NCBI RefSeq assembly: GCF_009914755.1
Contig: NC_060929.1
Origin: the human T2T-CHM13v2.0 reference genome, Homo sapiens
DNA: 64,000 nucleotides
Reading direction: 5' to 3' (one strand)
Shown: positions 22,491 through 48,365 of the stretch, in pieces
Numbering within the stretch: the first letter of the stretch is position 1
Layout: the number at the start of each line of letters is the position of its first letter
The notes under the pieces: generated by a model
Database searches by the model: none
Told to the model about the DNA's origin: nothing
What the model saw: the letters and a program-made list of their open reading frames with translations, nothing else
Made by a program: the position numbers and the translations under genes

Positions 22491-23088
22491 GATTGAAAAG
22501 GAGTAGCCATGGCTCTGTGCCACCCCATGACTGGGGTCTCAGCAAGGGCCCAGGTAATGATGGGGTAAGGAGAAAGCCCAGGCTCAGTCGCTACCACCAT
22601 GGGCACCTCACCAAGAACACTGAGTTTGTGCAGACCTGGCCTGAAAGGGGTATGGCTTTGCCCCAAACGAGCGGCATGCCATGGAGTTGCTTGAGGTTTC
22701 TAAGGACAACTGGGCCCTCAAGTTCATCAAGAAAAGGGTGGGGACACACATCTGTGCCAACAGGAAGCAGGAGGAGCTGAGCAACATCCTGGCCGCCAAG
22801 AGGAAAGCAGCTGCCCACAAGGAATGAGCCACCCTCCCCTGTGAGCATAATAAAATCTTTATTTTATTATGGAACTTGTGGTCCTCCTCAGCAGCCTCCC
22901 TGGCATTGGAAAGGAGGGGAGGTCCAGTCTGTTCATCTGTTTGGGACCCACCCCCGGGCAGGACCACACCCTGTCCTGGATCCAAGCCCCCTACCTCGGG
23001 CATGGGGCAACAGGCATAGAAGCAAGTGCTGGAAATGATTTCTAATCATAATGCAATATCTCATACACACCAAAAAAAAAAAAAAAAA
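22491..23088 (+). pseudogene. RPL36 processed pseudogene (CDS-like region 22509-22827)
   Basis: Intronless RPL36-like peptide ([40 protein letters not shown]), with frameshifts; poly(A) 23072-23090; TSD aagactttcattga / aagaatttcattga. Confidence 0.92.
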
Positions 23089-23327
23089 AAGAATTTCATT
23101 GAATCTGTAGGTGAATTAGGGGAGAATTGTCATCTTGACAATCATAAGATCTATGAGCATGGGATATTATTCCATTTACTTAGATCTTCTTTAATTCCTT
23201 TCAACAACATTTTGTAGTTTTAAGAGTGTAAGTCTGCTCTTCTCTTCTTTTGTTATATTTGTTCCTAAACATTTTATTCTTTTTGCTGCTGTTGCAAGTG
23301 GAATTTTTTTCTTTTTTCTTTTTTTGA

Positions 23328-23546
<219 letters not shown>

Positions 23547-23620
23547 TGAGGTGGGCGGATTGCCTGAGCTCAGGAGTTTGAGACCAGCCTGGGCAACATG
23601 GTGAAACCCCATTTCTACTA

Positions 23621-23880
<260 letters not shown>

Positions 23881-24467
23881 TCAGCCAACCAAAGTGCTGG
23901 GATTACAGGCATGAGCTACCACACCTGCTCAGAGTTGTTTACTTAATTTAATTTTCAGAATGTGCATTCTAAGTGTATTGACATACAATAGATTTTTGTA
24001 TATTGATTTTGTATTTTGCAATCTTGCTGAACTTGCTGATTAGTTTTCATGTATTTTAGTGAATCACTAGGAGTTTTTAATATATGTGATTATATAATCT
24101 GTGAATTGACATCATTTTACTTCCTGCTTTTCAACCTGGATGCCATTTATTTCTTTTACTAATTTTCATGGCAAGAACCTCTAGTACAATGTTGAATAGA
24201 GGTGGTGAGAAAATACATCCTTGTTTTGTTGCTGATCTTAAGGCAAAAGCAGTCTTTTACTATTAAGTATGATATAAACTGATTTTTTTTGGCAGATGTC
24301 CTTTACCATGCAAGAAAGTTCCCTTCCTTCCTTTTGTTGAGTGTTTTTTCGTGAGAGGTGTTGAATTTTGTCAAATGCTTCTTCTGCATTTATTTAAATA
24401 ATCACGTGGTTTTTTATTTCTAATTCTATTTTTCTGATGTATTACATTAATTTTCAGATGTTAAACC

Positions 24468-25037
24468 TGTAAGAATTAAAGAGGAAAGAAACATGAAAGG
24501 CAGCTCAACAAAGACAGGTTTATTTTGGAGCATAAACCTGAGAGGGGCTTCTAACCAAGTTAGGTCAGAGCCACTCTCTCTTCCAGACTAAGAGTTTTTA
24601 AGGGTTCAGGGCAGGAGAGCTTATCATAGGCTCAGAATGTTTCTGTGTCTCTTTGTCTTGCTTATCTGGGAGGCACAGTTTTGTGTCTGTTCCCATACAT
24701 CTTCCTGCAGCTACAGGCATACTTCCCATCACTCCCGCCACCCCCAGTCTGCTTTTAGCTTCCCTATCTCAGTGCACCTAAAGGAAAAGGAATGTGCTTA
24801 TCAGGGCCCACTGTTTTACTGGGGCCTATTGTATGAGTGTGAAGTTTGGTGGTTACCCAGGAGATTTTCCCCTCTCCCTCTGTGCCTGAGCTGTCTTGTC
24901 TGTGTTTTACTGTCTGCGCTTTGTGGCTGCTTGTTGTTAGAATAGAAATGATTTCCTTGAAATGCATGAGGTTAGAAAAGGAGCTGGAACTTAAAGTGGC
25001 AGTGTTTGTCCAAGATGACAGTGCTCCTGCTCTGTCA
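24468..25037 (-). mobile_element. Solo ERV1 LTR (LTR19-like)
   Basis: TG..CA ends, 5-bp TSD AAACC, homologous to 32653-33217; family name from memory. Confidence 0.85.
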
Positions 25038-25722
25038 AAACCATCATTGCACTCCTGGCATAAATCCCAATTGGTCATGGTGCATAATTATTTTTATATG
25101 TTGCTTGATTTGGTTTGCTAGTGTTTTGTTGAGGATTCTTGTGTCCATACTCATAAGACATATTGGTCTGTAGTTTTCTTTCCTTGTGATGTCTTTGCAG
25201 CCATTCTTTCTTAAACTTAACCACAAGATCAGACCTATCATACACAATATCATATGTAAAAAAGAATAAGCAATTTTTAGATAGCCTAAAAGATTCAAGT
25301 CAGTGTTCAATGTCTTCCATTACATGTGATTTTAAATGTTTTATAAAGAGCCTCCCATGATCTGGTAAATGAGGGGCTCTGAGCATTAGAAGAAGTGGGG
25401 TTTGTGTTGGAGAAAAGAAGACTGGATGGGAGAGAGCAAGTTTTTTTTGAGAGCAAAACTCTTGACTTAGTGTAGAACAACAACAAAAACACACTAATGT
25501 CATTTTGATTCCAGATGACAGAGCAGGAGCAAAAGAGGAAGTTTACAGGGAAACTGATTTGAGATCAGAAAAGGAAGTCCTACAACCACAACATTCCACT
25601 GTTTCAGCATAAAGTCTGTCACATCACACCAACCATCCGACCACAAAGTGCCATGTAGAAGTGGAGCCCTTGCATCTCTCAGTCCATTTCCCGCTCCTTG
25701 CCTCACTTCCTTCCCTGTTTAG

Positions 25723-26060
<338 letters not shown>

Positions 26061-26323
26061 AACTTGCCCAATCTTAGGGCCTCTCTGAGGATGCCCTGCA
26101 CCCCGACCTCCGACCTTGGTTGAATGAATCCTGTCCCCACACTGCTGGACAAAGTTGAAAACAAAAGATCACAATCCTTGAGACTGGAACCATGACACAT
26201 AGTTTATGGTCTTCAAACTCAGTTCAGCAAATATTTTTACTTGACTTTAGTGAAGTAAAATACTATTCACTGTTTCCTCACTTTCCTTTTGGTCTAGTCC
26301 TCAGCCCACTCTTCAATCAATCA

Positions 26324-26879
<556 letters not shown>

Positions 26880-27495
26880 CTAAACAGTGAGCCACACCTA
26901 CCCATCAGCATCTTTGCCCAGAAACTTTGCCTTCCAGCAGAGTGAGACTACAAATTGACTGTTTCGGTTTTTACACTAAAACTAATCCCTCCACTTGTGA
27001 ACTAGGTACCAGTCCCTTTTATCTACTCAAGAACATTGCTCCAGCAGGACTCCCTTTTCTCCTGTCTCACCAAGTTTTCCGTCTACTGTTTCTAACTTCA
27101 TACAATCATGCTATTTCTATTATTATTATTATTTTTATTTTTAAATACAGTTGTGCCCAGCTGGAGCATAGTGGTGCAATCATAGTTCATTGCTCATTGT
27201 AACGTCAAACTCCTGGCCTTAAGCAATCCTCCTGTCTCAGCCTCCCAAAGCACAGGGATTACAGGCATGAGCCACTGCACCAGGCTCATCTCTCATCGTT
27301 TTTTTTTTTTGTTGTTGTTGTTGTTGTTTTGAGAAGGAGTCTCACTCTGTCGCCCAGGCTGGAGTGCAGTGGTGCGGTCTCGGCTCACTGCAACATCCGC
27401 CTCCCCGGTTCATGCCATTCTCCTGCCTCAGCCTCCTGAGTAGCTGGGACTACAGGCGCCCGTCACCATGCCCAGCTAATTTTTTTGTATTTTTA

Positions 27496-34120
<6,625 letters not shown>

Positions 34121-34135
34121 GGTGTATGTGTGCTA

Positions 34136-34270
<135 letters not shown>

Positions 34271-34654
34271 TTAATTAGCCAGGCGTGGTGACATGCACCT
34301 GTAGTCCCAGCTACTTGGAAGGCTGAAGTGAGAGTACTGCTTGAGCCCAGGAGGTCGAGTCTACAGTCAGCTGAGATTGTGCCACTACACTCCAACCTGG
34401 GGGACAGAGTGAGAACCCATCTCAAAAAAAAAAAGTCTTTAATGAAAAGAAACCTAAAAATAGAATCACCATATGATCCAGCAATTTCACTCTGAATATA
34501 TGCCCAAAAGACCTATCATCAGCATTTAACCCACTATTGGACCCACTGCCTCTCTTGGAATCAATTTCTTCACTTGGCTTCCAGGACATTTCTCTCTTCT
34601 GTTCTACTTCCTTCAAAGACCATTCCTTCTTAGTATCCTTTGCTGATTCCTCCC

Positions 34655-35721
34655 TGTTGCAGGAAGTCAGGGACCCCAAATGGAGGGACGGGCTGAAGCC
34701 GTGACAGAAGAACGTGGATTGTGAAGATTTCGTGGACATTTATTAGTTCCCCAAATTAATACTTTTATAATTTCTTATGCCTGTCTTTACTGCAATCTCT
34801 AAACATAAATTGTAAAGAGTTCATGGACGCTTATCACTTCCCCAGTCAATACCCTTGTGATTTCCTATGCCTGTCTTTACTTTAATCTCAATCCTGTCAG
34901 CTGAGGAGGATGTATGTTGCCTCAGGACTATGTGATAATTGCATTAACTGCACAAATTGTACAGCATGTGTGTTTGAGCAATATGAAATCCGGGCACCTT
35001 GAAAAAAGAACAGGATAACAGCAATTGTTCAGGGAATAAGAGAGATAACCTTAAACTCTGACCGCCGGTGAGCCGGGTGGAACAGAGCCATATTTCTCTT
35101 CTTTTAAAAGCAAATGGGAGAAATATTGCTGAATTCCTTTTCTCAGCAAGGAACATCCCTGAGAAAGAGAATGCACACCTGGGGGTGGGTCTCTGAACTG
35201 GACCCCCTGGGCGTGGCCATCTCTTATGGTTGAGGCTGTAGGAGTGAAATAGACCCCAGTCTCCCATAGCGCTCCCAGGCTTATTAGGAAGAGGAAATTT
35301 ACGCCTAATAAATTTTGGTCAGACTGGTTGATCTCAAAACCCTGTCTCCTGATAAGATGTTATCAATGACAATGGTGCCCGAAACTTCATTAACTATTTT
35401 AATTTCGTCTCGGTCCTTGTGGTCCTGTGATCTCACCCTGCCTCCACTTGCCTTGTGATTTTCTATTACCTTGTAAAGTACTTGATGTCTGTGACCCACA
35501 CCTATTCGCACACTCCCTCTCCTTTTGAAAATCCCTAATAAAAACTTGCTGGTTTTTGCAGCTTGTGGGGCATCACGGAACCTACCGACATGTGATGTCT
35601 CCCCTGGACACCCAGCTTTAAAATTTCTCTGTTTTGTACTGTCCCTTTGTTTCTCAAGCTGGCCGACGCTTAAGGAAAATAGAAAAGAATCAACGTGAAT
35701 ATCGGGGCAGATTCCCCGATA
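34655..35721 (+). mobile_element. Solo MER11-type (HERV-K group) LTR
   Basis: Starts tgttgcaggaagtcagggacccc, ~1.07 kb, 6-bp TSD CCTCCC typical of ERVK. Confidence 0.85.
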
Positions 35722-35967
35722 CCTCCCCATTTTTGTGACTTCTTAATGTTGCAGTGTCCTGGGCTCAGTCCTCAGACATTAACAAAAAAATCTAGAAAAT
35801 GAAGTAGCCCCTGCTATCTGCTCAAGTTTATTCCTCCAGCTGCTTTCCAGGGTCAGGATACACAGGAGTGGAGGTGTTAGGGGCTGGAAGTAGACTGTCA
35901 CTGGCTGTAGTGTTGATGTTTTCAAGCTGCTGTTGCTTCTGCTGCTAAGAGAGCCATCTGCAAAAGG

Positions 35968-36238
35968 ATGTTATACAAGAACAGTGAAAAGAAATTCAGA
36001 ACTGTTATTCCAGATACATGGAAAGACTGTGTGAAGAATGTTACAGAAAGCGGTGGAAGGGAACAACGAAAATAAGAAATGTGCTAGAAGCTTGTACACC
36101 AGCTGGGTTCTCCTTACTGCCAGGGCTTTAGCTACAAAAAAAAAAAAAAAAAAGAAAGAAAAAAGAGAAAAAGGCTTCTGAGCAATGCATGGGGAAACGT
36201 TTTTGGACACCAAAAACTACAAGCAAGCATCTGACTAG
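35968..36238 (+). pseudogene. CRIPT processed pseudogene (CDS-like part)
   Basis: Translates to MLYKNSEKKFRTVIPDTWKDCVKNVTESGGR...VHQLGSPYCQGFSYKK...GF*AMHGETFLDTKNYKQASD*, matching CRIPT (PDTWKD, ESGGR, HYCQGCAYKKG, LDTKNYKQTSV); intronless, with stop, deletion and A-run expansion. Confidence 0.85.
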
Positions 36239-36476
36239 AGGGACTGAAGAAATTTCTGGCTTTCTGTATGATTTTACTTTCTTTTTATGTATTTATATTT
36301 TATTTTTTAATAGAGACTGGGTCTTGCTGTGTTGCCCAGGCTGGTCTCGAACCCCTGGGTTCAAGTGATTCTCCCAGCTTGGTCTCTCAAAGTGCTGGGA
36401 TAACAAGCATGAGCCACCATGTCTGGCTTTGATTTTGCTTTCTGCTTTGAATTCTCAAGGTATAACACAGATGTTC

Positions 36477-36969
36477 TGGAACAGGAATTAAAAGAAATTA
36501 AGGAGTGTGTAAGCAGAAACTAAGTTGTATGTAAGAAAACCCAGTTCCCCTTGAGAAAGAGAAAGAGCTGGAGTCCTTTAAAAACTAACTGCCTATTTTT
36601 CTATGGCTAGTGAGCCTTATCTCTCCTCCTTTCCCAGGCATTGTGAAGACCCTGTTTCCCTAGCTGTGCAGCTGCAAAGTCACTAGACAGATAAACTCAA
36701 GTTGCAAAACATGTTTTTCCTTGAAAAGTAAGAAATGATGTAATGCATGTCTCAATTAATTAAATAACTGTCTTTGTTTCTCACTTCTGTAGCATGCTTC
36801 CCCCGTACAGATCTCCCCCACCCCACAAAATGCTTAAAAGGTAACTTAACTCTTTGTTCAGGGCTCAGTCCTTTGGATGTTAATCTGACTGGGCCAGTGC
36901 ACCTAAATAATTAATAAATATCATCCTGAACCCCATCGGTCTCTCTGATTCCTTAAAAATCCCGCAACA
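36477..36969 (+). mobile_element. Solo ERV1-type LTR
   Basis: TG..CA ends, 4-bp TSD GTTC, AATAAA near the 3' end. Confidence 0.8.
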
Positions 36970-37165
36970 GTTCAAGTTACAAAATAACATGTTTTAAGAC
37001 AAATAATTAAGTTTAAGCCACAGGGCGAAATGTATCTATGCTCACATCTTTAGTGATTTCATCAAGTCTTATAACTTAGGCCTCAAACCATAGAGTCATC
37101 CCTGAGCCCACCTTTTTTCTCTTTTTTAAAAATTTAGTTGAATTTTTATACTTAAAACATTTTAA

Positions 37166-37357
<192 letters not shown>

Positions 37358-38100
37358 TAATTTGACCATTTCCCCCCACTTCTACTATCCTGATCCAACT
37401 GTCACCATGTTTTTGTGTGGGTTTTCTTAAACAGCTTTATATTGAGTTGTGATTCACAACAAATAAAATTCACCCTTTTAAAGTATTTAATTTAGGCTTG
37501 GCGTGGTGACTCATGCCTGTAATCCCAGCACTGTGGGAGGCTGAGGTGGGCAGATCACGAGGTCAGGAGTTTGAGACCAGCCTGACCAAAATGGTGAAAC
37601 CCCGTCTCTACTAAAAATACAAAAATTAGCCAGGCCTGGTGGTGCCTGCCTGTAATCCCAGCTACTCAGGAGGCTGAAGCAGGAGAATCACTTGAACCTG
37701 GGAGGCGGAGGTTGCAGGAGCCGAGATCACACCTTTGCACTCCAGCCTGGGTAACAGAGTGAGACTCCATCTCAAAATAAATGAATAAATAAATAAATAA
37801 ATAAAGTATTCAATTTAGTGGTGTTTATTATATTACCAGAGTTGTGTAACTATAACCGCGCTTTAATTTTAGAACATTTTTATCACCCCAAAAAGAAATT
37901 CTGTATCCCATTAGAGGTCATTCCCCTTGACCACCCCACTTCTAAGCAACCACAAATCTTTGTGTCTCTATCTATCATCATTTCTTTTTTTATTTTTATT
38001 TTTGAAACGGAGTCTCACTCTGTGATCTTGGCTCGCTGCACCTCTGCCTCCCAGGTTCAAGTGATTCTTGCACCTCAGCCTCCCGAGTAGCTGGGGCTAA

Positions 38101-38386
<286 letters not shown>

Positions 38387-39699
38387 TGAGTAGCTGGGAT
38401 TACAGGCGCTTGGCACCGCGCCTGGCTAATTTTCGTATTTTTAGTAGAAACGGGGTTTCACCGTCTTGGCCAGGCTGATCTCAAACTCCTGACCTCATAA
38501 TACATCCGCCTTGGCCTCCCAAAGTGCCAGGATTACAGGCGTGAGTCACTGCACCCGGCCTCCATCATTTCTTGACTGGGTTATTGGTATAAATTCCCAA
38601 CGAGTCTTCTAACTTACTCTCTATAGTTTACTTTCAACACAGCAGCTAATGTGATCCTTTAAAAATGGAAACCAGTTTATGTTACCCTTTGTCAGTATCC
38701 TCAGGTGGCTCTCTATTTCACCTGAGTGAAAAGCAAGCTTCACAGTGGCCTGTGAGCCTTAAACAACAATTGAGGCCACTTGCTATCTCTCTGATATCAT
38801 TGCCAATGTCTTCCAGGGCCTTTGTACTGGATGTTTCCTCTTCCTGGACTGCTCTTCCAGCAGATAACTACAAGGCTCACTCTCTCACCTCCCTTAAATC
38901 TTTGCTCAGAAGTCACCTCATGTGAGGTCTATTCTAACAACTATAAACTTGCAATCCTTCACCCTTATGCCCAGCAATCCTGACTGTTTTGGCTCAGCTC
39001 TATTTTCCCCACAGCACTTACCATCATCTAGCACTCTATACTTTCTTCTCCCCACTGCAATATGAACACTTTAAGAGCAGGAACTTTTGTCGCTTTGCTC
39101 ACTATAAGTGCTTTGTCCTCAGCACTTCCAAAGTGCTTGTCAGGTAGTGGGAGCTCAATAAATAATTGTTAAATGGATGAATAAATTAATGACCAGAACA
39201 TTCCAGGCAGAGGGAAGAACAAGAGGCAAAGGAAAGAATGGCTAGAATATGTTGGGGGTGATGTTGGTTTACAAGGTGGAGATGACAGTAGAGGAGGCAT
39301 AGGGAGTTGCTGACCATGTCTCCCTATGTTCTCTGTCTCAAGTTCTAAGTTCTCTTCCTATTTCTCTGTCTCCTTTGAAGACCCTGCTTTCTCCATCCTG
39401 AAATGTTGACTGATGATTCCCAGTTTCCTTCTTTAGCACGGTCTCTTCTTTCTCCCCTCCTGGCCTGGGTGAACTTACTCATGGCTATTCATGGCTACGG
39501 TTTCCACAGGCATTTCTACACTGATGGCTCCCAAATTCTTATAGCCAGGCCAAACCTGTCCCCTAAGCTCTAGCCCCTATGGCTAACTGCCTACTGGACT
39601 GTCCACCTGCGAGTGGCTCTAAGCAACCTATGCCCAGTCTTCTTTTTTTTTTTGAGATGGAGTCTTGCTCTATCACCCAGGCTGGAATGCAATGGTGTA

Positions 39700-42084
<2,385 letters not shown>

Positions 42085-42149
42085 TGAGCCACCCACCTCG
42101 GCCTTCCAAAGTGCTGAGATTACAGGCATGAGCCACCATGCCCAGCCAT

Positions 42150-43469
<1,320 letters not shown>

Positions 43470-45152
43470 TCACTGCAACCTCTGCCTCCCAGGTTCTAGT
43501 GAGCAATTCTCCTGCCTCAGCCTCCTGAGTAGCTGGGATTACAGACACATGCCACCACACCCGGCTAATTTTTGTATTTTTAGTAGAGACAGGGTTTCAT
43601 CATGTTAGCCAGGGTGGACTCGATCTCTTGACCTCGTGATCCGCCCACCTCAGCCTCCCAAAGTGCTGGGATTATAGGCATGAGCCACCACACCTGGCCC
43701 AGATATATTACTCTTTAAAAAAAATTTTTTTTTTTGCAATCAGATATGTTACATCACCACTACTGCCTTAGTCAGCTCAGGCTACCGTAATAAAATACCA
43801 TAGACTGGTGGCTTAACCAACAGAAATTTATATATATTCTCACAGCTATTTCTCACACATAAAAAACTATCTTTTATGTGTTCCCCCGACCCCCACTGGA
43901 TTGGAATTCCCTAAGGGCATGGATGTTTCTGATTCATCTTTGTATTTCAGGCTTTAGCACAAGGCCTGAGGTGAAATGTGGTTCTGTAACCATTTGATGA
44001 AGTGTGATCAGAGCTATTCAAGGGAAGAAAAAAACTGCCTTGAGATGATTAATTCTCTGATACTAGAAATCTCTCAACTGGCTGGTTGAAGGCCCCTTGG
44101 GGACATTCCAGTGAGTGTCCAGCTAATTTAACTGTTTTCTGACATATTTTGAGTCTGGTTCTGGTAATGTCTGTAACTCTCTTATCAATGTTAATTTCCA
44201 TTCCCTATTCCTATCTGTGTGGCTCTGGACATTGGCCAGAGGCAGGTGCTGGGCCTATATGCCTCCTCCCACCTTTCTCCCATGCTCCCTGTGAGGCAGG
44301 CATCTAGCTCTCTGATGGATGTGGCTGCCTCCTCATTGAAATGAAGAAGGGGCTCAGAAGAAACAGCACCTCTTGATGGCTGATGCTGTAGGTCTCTGAG
44401 CTAATGTGGACTAGAGGACAAATCCTGTTTATTCTGAAGTTTTGAAGAGTCTGAGATGCTTTCCTATTTGCCAATCAGTCAGCCTGAAAAGGTTATCTGC
44501 ATATGTGTTCTAACAGAACACAGGATCTCTAATTCAGAGACCGACTGTATCTTGCGTCAGTTCCCTAGGCCCAAATTTCCCATTATGTCGGGGAGTGACA
44601 CAGTGAAAGCCTCCGGGTGAAGAGAGGTTTTACAAGAGAGGAACCCTAATATTATGAAACTCAGAGCTTGTGCAGGATAGGAGGCTGTCCCTCTTCCTTG
44701 AGTGGTAAGGGAGACAGACAGAGAGGGAGAGGGAGGGTGTGTGAGTGTGTGTGTGTGTGAGAGAGAGAAAGAATAAGGAAATAAGCAAATGGCTGTGGGT
44801 TTTATTACCTTTGAAAGGGAGCAGCTGGCTCTTGGGAAGTGCATAGGAGAGGAAATATTTTGTATCTTCCAAATATCATGCAAATACCTTTTAATCCAGA
44901 TGCCAATAATCTGCTCAGAAAGCCCTGACTGCACACTCATTGTTTCTCCCATGCAGCCCTAGCCAGGAGTCCTTTCCTGGCTCCTTCTATCCCCGCAGTT
45001 CTTTTCTTGAGGAGGACAGATAGGGTTTCTTAGGGAGTTAGGATGAAGAAAGCCTAAGTATGATGAATTCCCCATCCAGCACTGTGCCCAGCACATAGCA
45101 GACATCCAATAAAGGTCTGTTAAATGAATGACACGGACCCGTTGTTTAAGAT

Positions 45153-45158
45153 TTTAAT
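45153..45158 (-). terminator. CD14 poly(A) signal (ATTAAA)
   Basis: tttaat on plus, ~105 nt downstream of the stop. Confidence 0.7.
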
Positions 45159-45263
45159 AAAGGTGGGGCAAAGGGTTGAATTGGTCGAAAAGTCCTCAAC
45201 GTCCTGACGGGACTCCCCTGAAGCCAAGGCAGTTTGAGTCCATTCATTATTCTGTCTTGGATC

Positions 45264-46479
45264 TTAGGCAAAGCCCCGGGCCCCTTGGAGCAGCACCAGG
45301 GTTCCCGACACCCCCACCGACAGGGTCGAACGTGCACAGGCTGGGACCACGCCGGAGTTCATTGAGCCCTCGTGGGGGAGGGCAGTTCCAGGGACCAGGA
45401 AGGGATTCCCGTCCAGTGTCAGGTTATCCACCTCGGGCAGCTCGTCAGGCTGCGGCGCCCTGTTCAGTCTGTTGCAGCTGAGATCGAGCACTCTGAGCTT
45501 GGCTGGCAGTCCTTTAGGCACCTGTTCCAGCCCAGCGAACGACAGATTGAGGGAGTTCAGGGCGCTGGACCACATGCATCTCGGAGCGCTAGGGTTTACG
45601 GTGGCGCGCAGCGAGTTGTGGCTGAGGTCTAGGCTGTGGGGCTGCACACCTGCCGCCGCCAGTGCGGCGCACACGCCTGTGGGCGTCTCCATTCCTGTGT
45701 TGCGCAGCGCTAGATTCTGGATGGCCGGGAACTTGTGGGGACAGAGAGCCGCCATCAGTCCGCGTTCGCCCAGTCCAGGATTGTCAGACAGGTCTAGGCT
45801 GGTAAGGGCCGGGAAGGCGCGAACCTGTTCGCAGGAAAAGGCAGGCGAGTGTGCTTGGGCAATGCTCAGTACCTTGAGGCCTGGCTTGAGCCACTGCTGC
45901 AGCTCGGCGAGCCAAGAACGCCCTGTCGCCCACGACACGTTGCGTAGGCGCAAGCTGGAAAGTGCAAGTCCTGTGGCTTCCAGAGGCAGCGGAGGCATGG
46001 TGCCGGTTATCTTTAGGTCCTCGAGCGTCAGTTCCTTGAGGCGGGAGTACGCTAGCACACGCAGGGCGCCTACCAGTAGCTGAGCAGGAACCTGTGCGGC
46101 TCCCACTGTGAGCCGCCGCACGCGGAGAGCCTTGACCGTGTCAGCATACTGCCGCGGGTCGGCGTCCGCATCGACGCGCTTTAGAAACGGCTCTAGGTTG
46201 AGACCGCCGGCATGGATCTCCACCTCTACTGCAGACACACACTGGAAGGCTTCGGACCAGTCGGGCTGAGGTTCGGAGAAGTTGCAGACGCAGCGGAAAT
46301 CTTCATCGTCCAGCTCACAAGGTTCTGGCGTGGTCGCAGAGACGTGCACCAGCGGCAGCAGCAGCAGCAACAAGCAGGACGCGCGCTCCTGGGGAGAGAG
46401 CAGAGGTCTAGGAGGCCCCATCCAACCCCTGTGGCTCCCGAGTGGCACGCGTTCGACCCCAAGACCCTACACTCACCAT
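45264..46479 (-). CDS. CD14: Monocyte differentiation antigen CD14 (LRR, GPI-anchored LPS co-receptor), 375 aa
   Basis: ATG 46479-46477 alone in the first coding exon; 88-nt GT-AG intron 46476-46389; exon 46388-45264 reads ERASCLLLLLLPLVHVSATTPEPCELDDEDFRC...LLQGARGFA*. Confidence 0.99.
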
Positions 46480-46579
46480 GGTCGATAAGTCTTCCGAACC
46501 TCTGAGCTCCGGACAGGCTCTGGAAGTGCTTTAGCTTCTTTCCTACACAGCGGCACCCGCCGGCTTCCAGGCTTCACAC

Positions 46580-46810
46580 TTGTGAACTCTTCGGCTGCCT
46601 CTGACAGTTTATGTAATCCTGGGATGTCATTCAGTTCCCTCCTCTGTGAACCCTGATCACCTCCCCACCTCTCTTCCTCCGAGCCAGCCCCCTTCCTTTC
46701 CTGGAAATATTGCAATGAAGGATGTTTCAGGGAGGGGGGCCGTAACAGGAAGGATTCTGCAGGGCATCTAGGGTTCTGTGTCTCCTGGCAGTGTCCTGAT
46801 GACTCAGGCG
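46580..46810 (-). promoter_or_regulatory. CD14 proximal promoter
   Basis: C/EBP-like ATTGCAAT ~46709-46716, GC/GT boxes, ETS-like cttcct, AP-1 TGACTCA 46800-46806, -260 variant position at 46739. Confidence 0.75.
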
Positions 46811-48017
46811 CCCCAGGCGGTGAATGCCCTGTTGACTCGGGAGCCTAAGCCTTCTCTGGTGGGTGTGGGAAAAGGATGATCCTCAGTGCCTTAGGCCAGT
46901 ACCATACTCTGCACTATCCAACCCCCCAATCCCCCTACCTTATATCCCAGAGAATCTACTTGATTCATTTCTTTGACTTCTTCCTTGTCTTGGTTTATGT
47001 TGATCTCCTGCCACCAAATCCAAGTCCCTGAATATCCTCAGATATTTAACTGCATGTTTTGTGGAAGAGATTGTGAACCTCATCTGTTGGCACCAAGGGG
47101 GGTAGAATTAGGTTCAAGAAAAGGAAGTTAGTCTAAAGAAAAATTCCCCCTTCCTTTTTTTTTCCTTGCTCCTTTGATTAAGTAATAACTTTCTTTCTTT
47201 TTTTTTTTTTTTTGAGATAGAGTCTTGCTCTGTTGCTCAGGCTGGAGTAGAGTGCCATGATCTCGGCTCACTGCAACCTCCGCCTCCTGGGTTCAAGCAA
47301 TTCTCTGCCTCAGCCTCCCGAGTAGCTGGGATTACAAGTGCCCACCACCACACCCAGCTAATTTTTGTATTTTTTAGTAGAGACAGGGTTTCATCATCTT
47401 GGCCAGGCTGGTCTTGAACTCCTGACCTTGTGATCCACCCGCCTCGGCCTCCCAAAGTGCTGGGATTACAGGCGTGAGCCACTGTGCCTGGCAGTACTAA
47501 CTTTCTTAAAAGTGGATGTATTTAACAGAGACACATTGGCCAAGTCTCTGGGTCACTTACACTATCCATTTTCTGTCCTGAAATTGTGAAGCAAGGTATT
47601 TTGAATCAGTTTTCCCACTTGCACGTTGCTCTCTCCTGCCCTCCCCTCAGTACAATCTCTGTGCCCTAGGAAGGAAGGGATGGGACTATGTTGAATGAGG
47701 ATTAATTAGTAACTCACCAGTTTTGCAAAAAACAGACAAAAACAGAAAACAAAACAAAATGAAAAAAACAGCAAACAAAACAAAACAAAAAAACAACAAA
47801 TGTCCCAGAGAATAAGGAGCTACGCATTTACAACAGCCCTCACAGGTCCACATCCCTAGACCTCTGGGGAAAGAACTATATGAAAGTCTTTTTTTTTTTT
47901 TTTTTTTTGAGACTGAGTTTGGCTCTGTTGCCCAGGATGGAGTGCAGTGGCGTGATCTTGGCTCACTGCAACCTCCGCCTCCCAAGTTCAAGCAATTCTC
48001 TTGCCTCAGATTCCTGA

Positions 48018-48212
<195 letters not shown>

Positions 48213-48215
48213 TGA

Positions 48216-48365
<150 letters not shown>

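Noticed and set aside
25516-25531. 16-mer tgacagagcaggagca identical to the terminus of the nearby LTR
   Set aside because: No further homology on either side; treated as chance
46389-46448. 394-aa CD14 ORF with N-terminal extension MPLGSHRG...
   Set aside because: It starts at a non-ATG codon inside the 88-nt intron; the true start is the ATG at 46479
45372-46505. Plus-strand ORFs of up to 203 aa
   Set aside because: Antisense shadows of the GC-rich CD14 CDS
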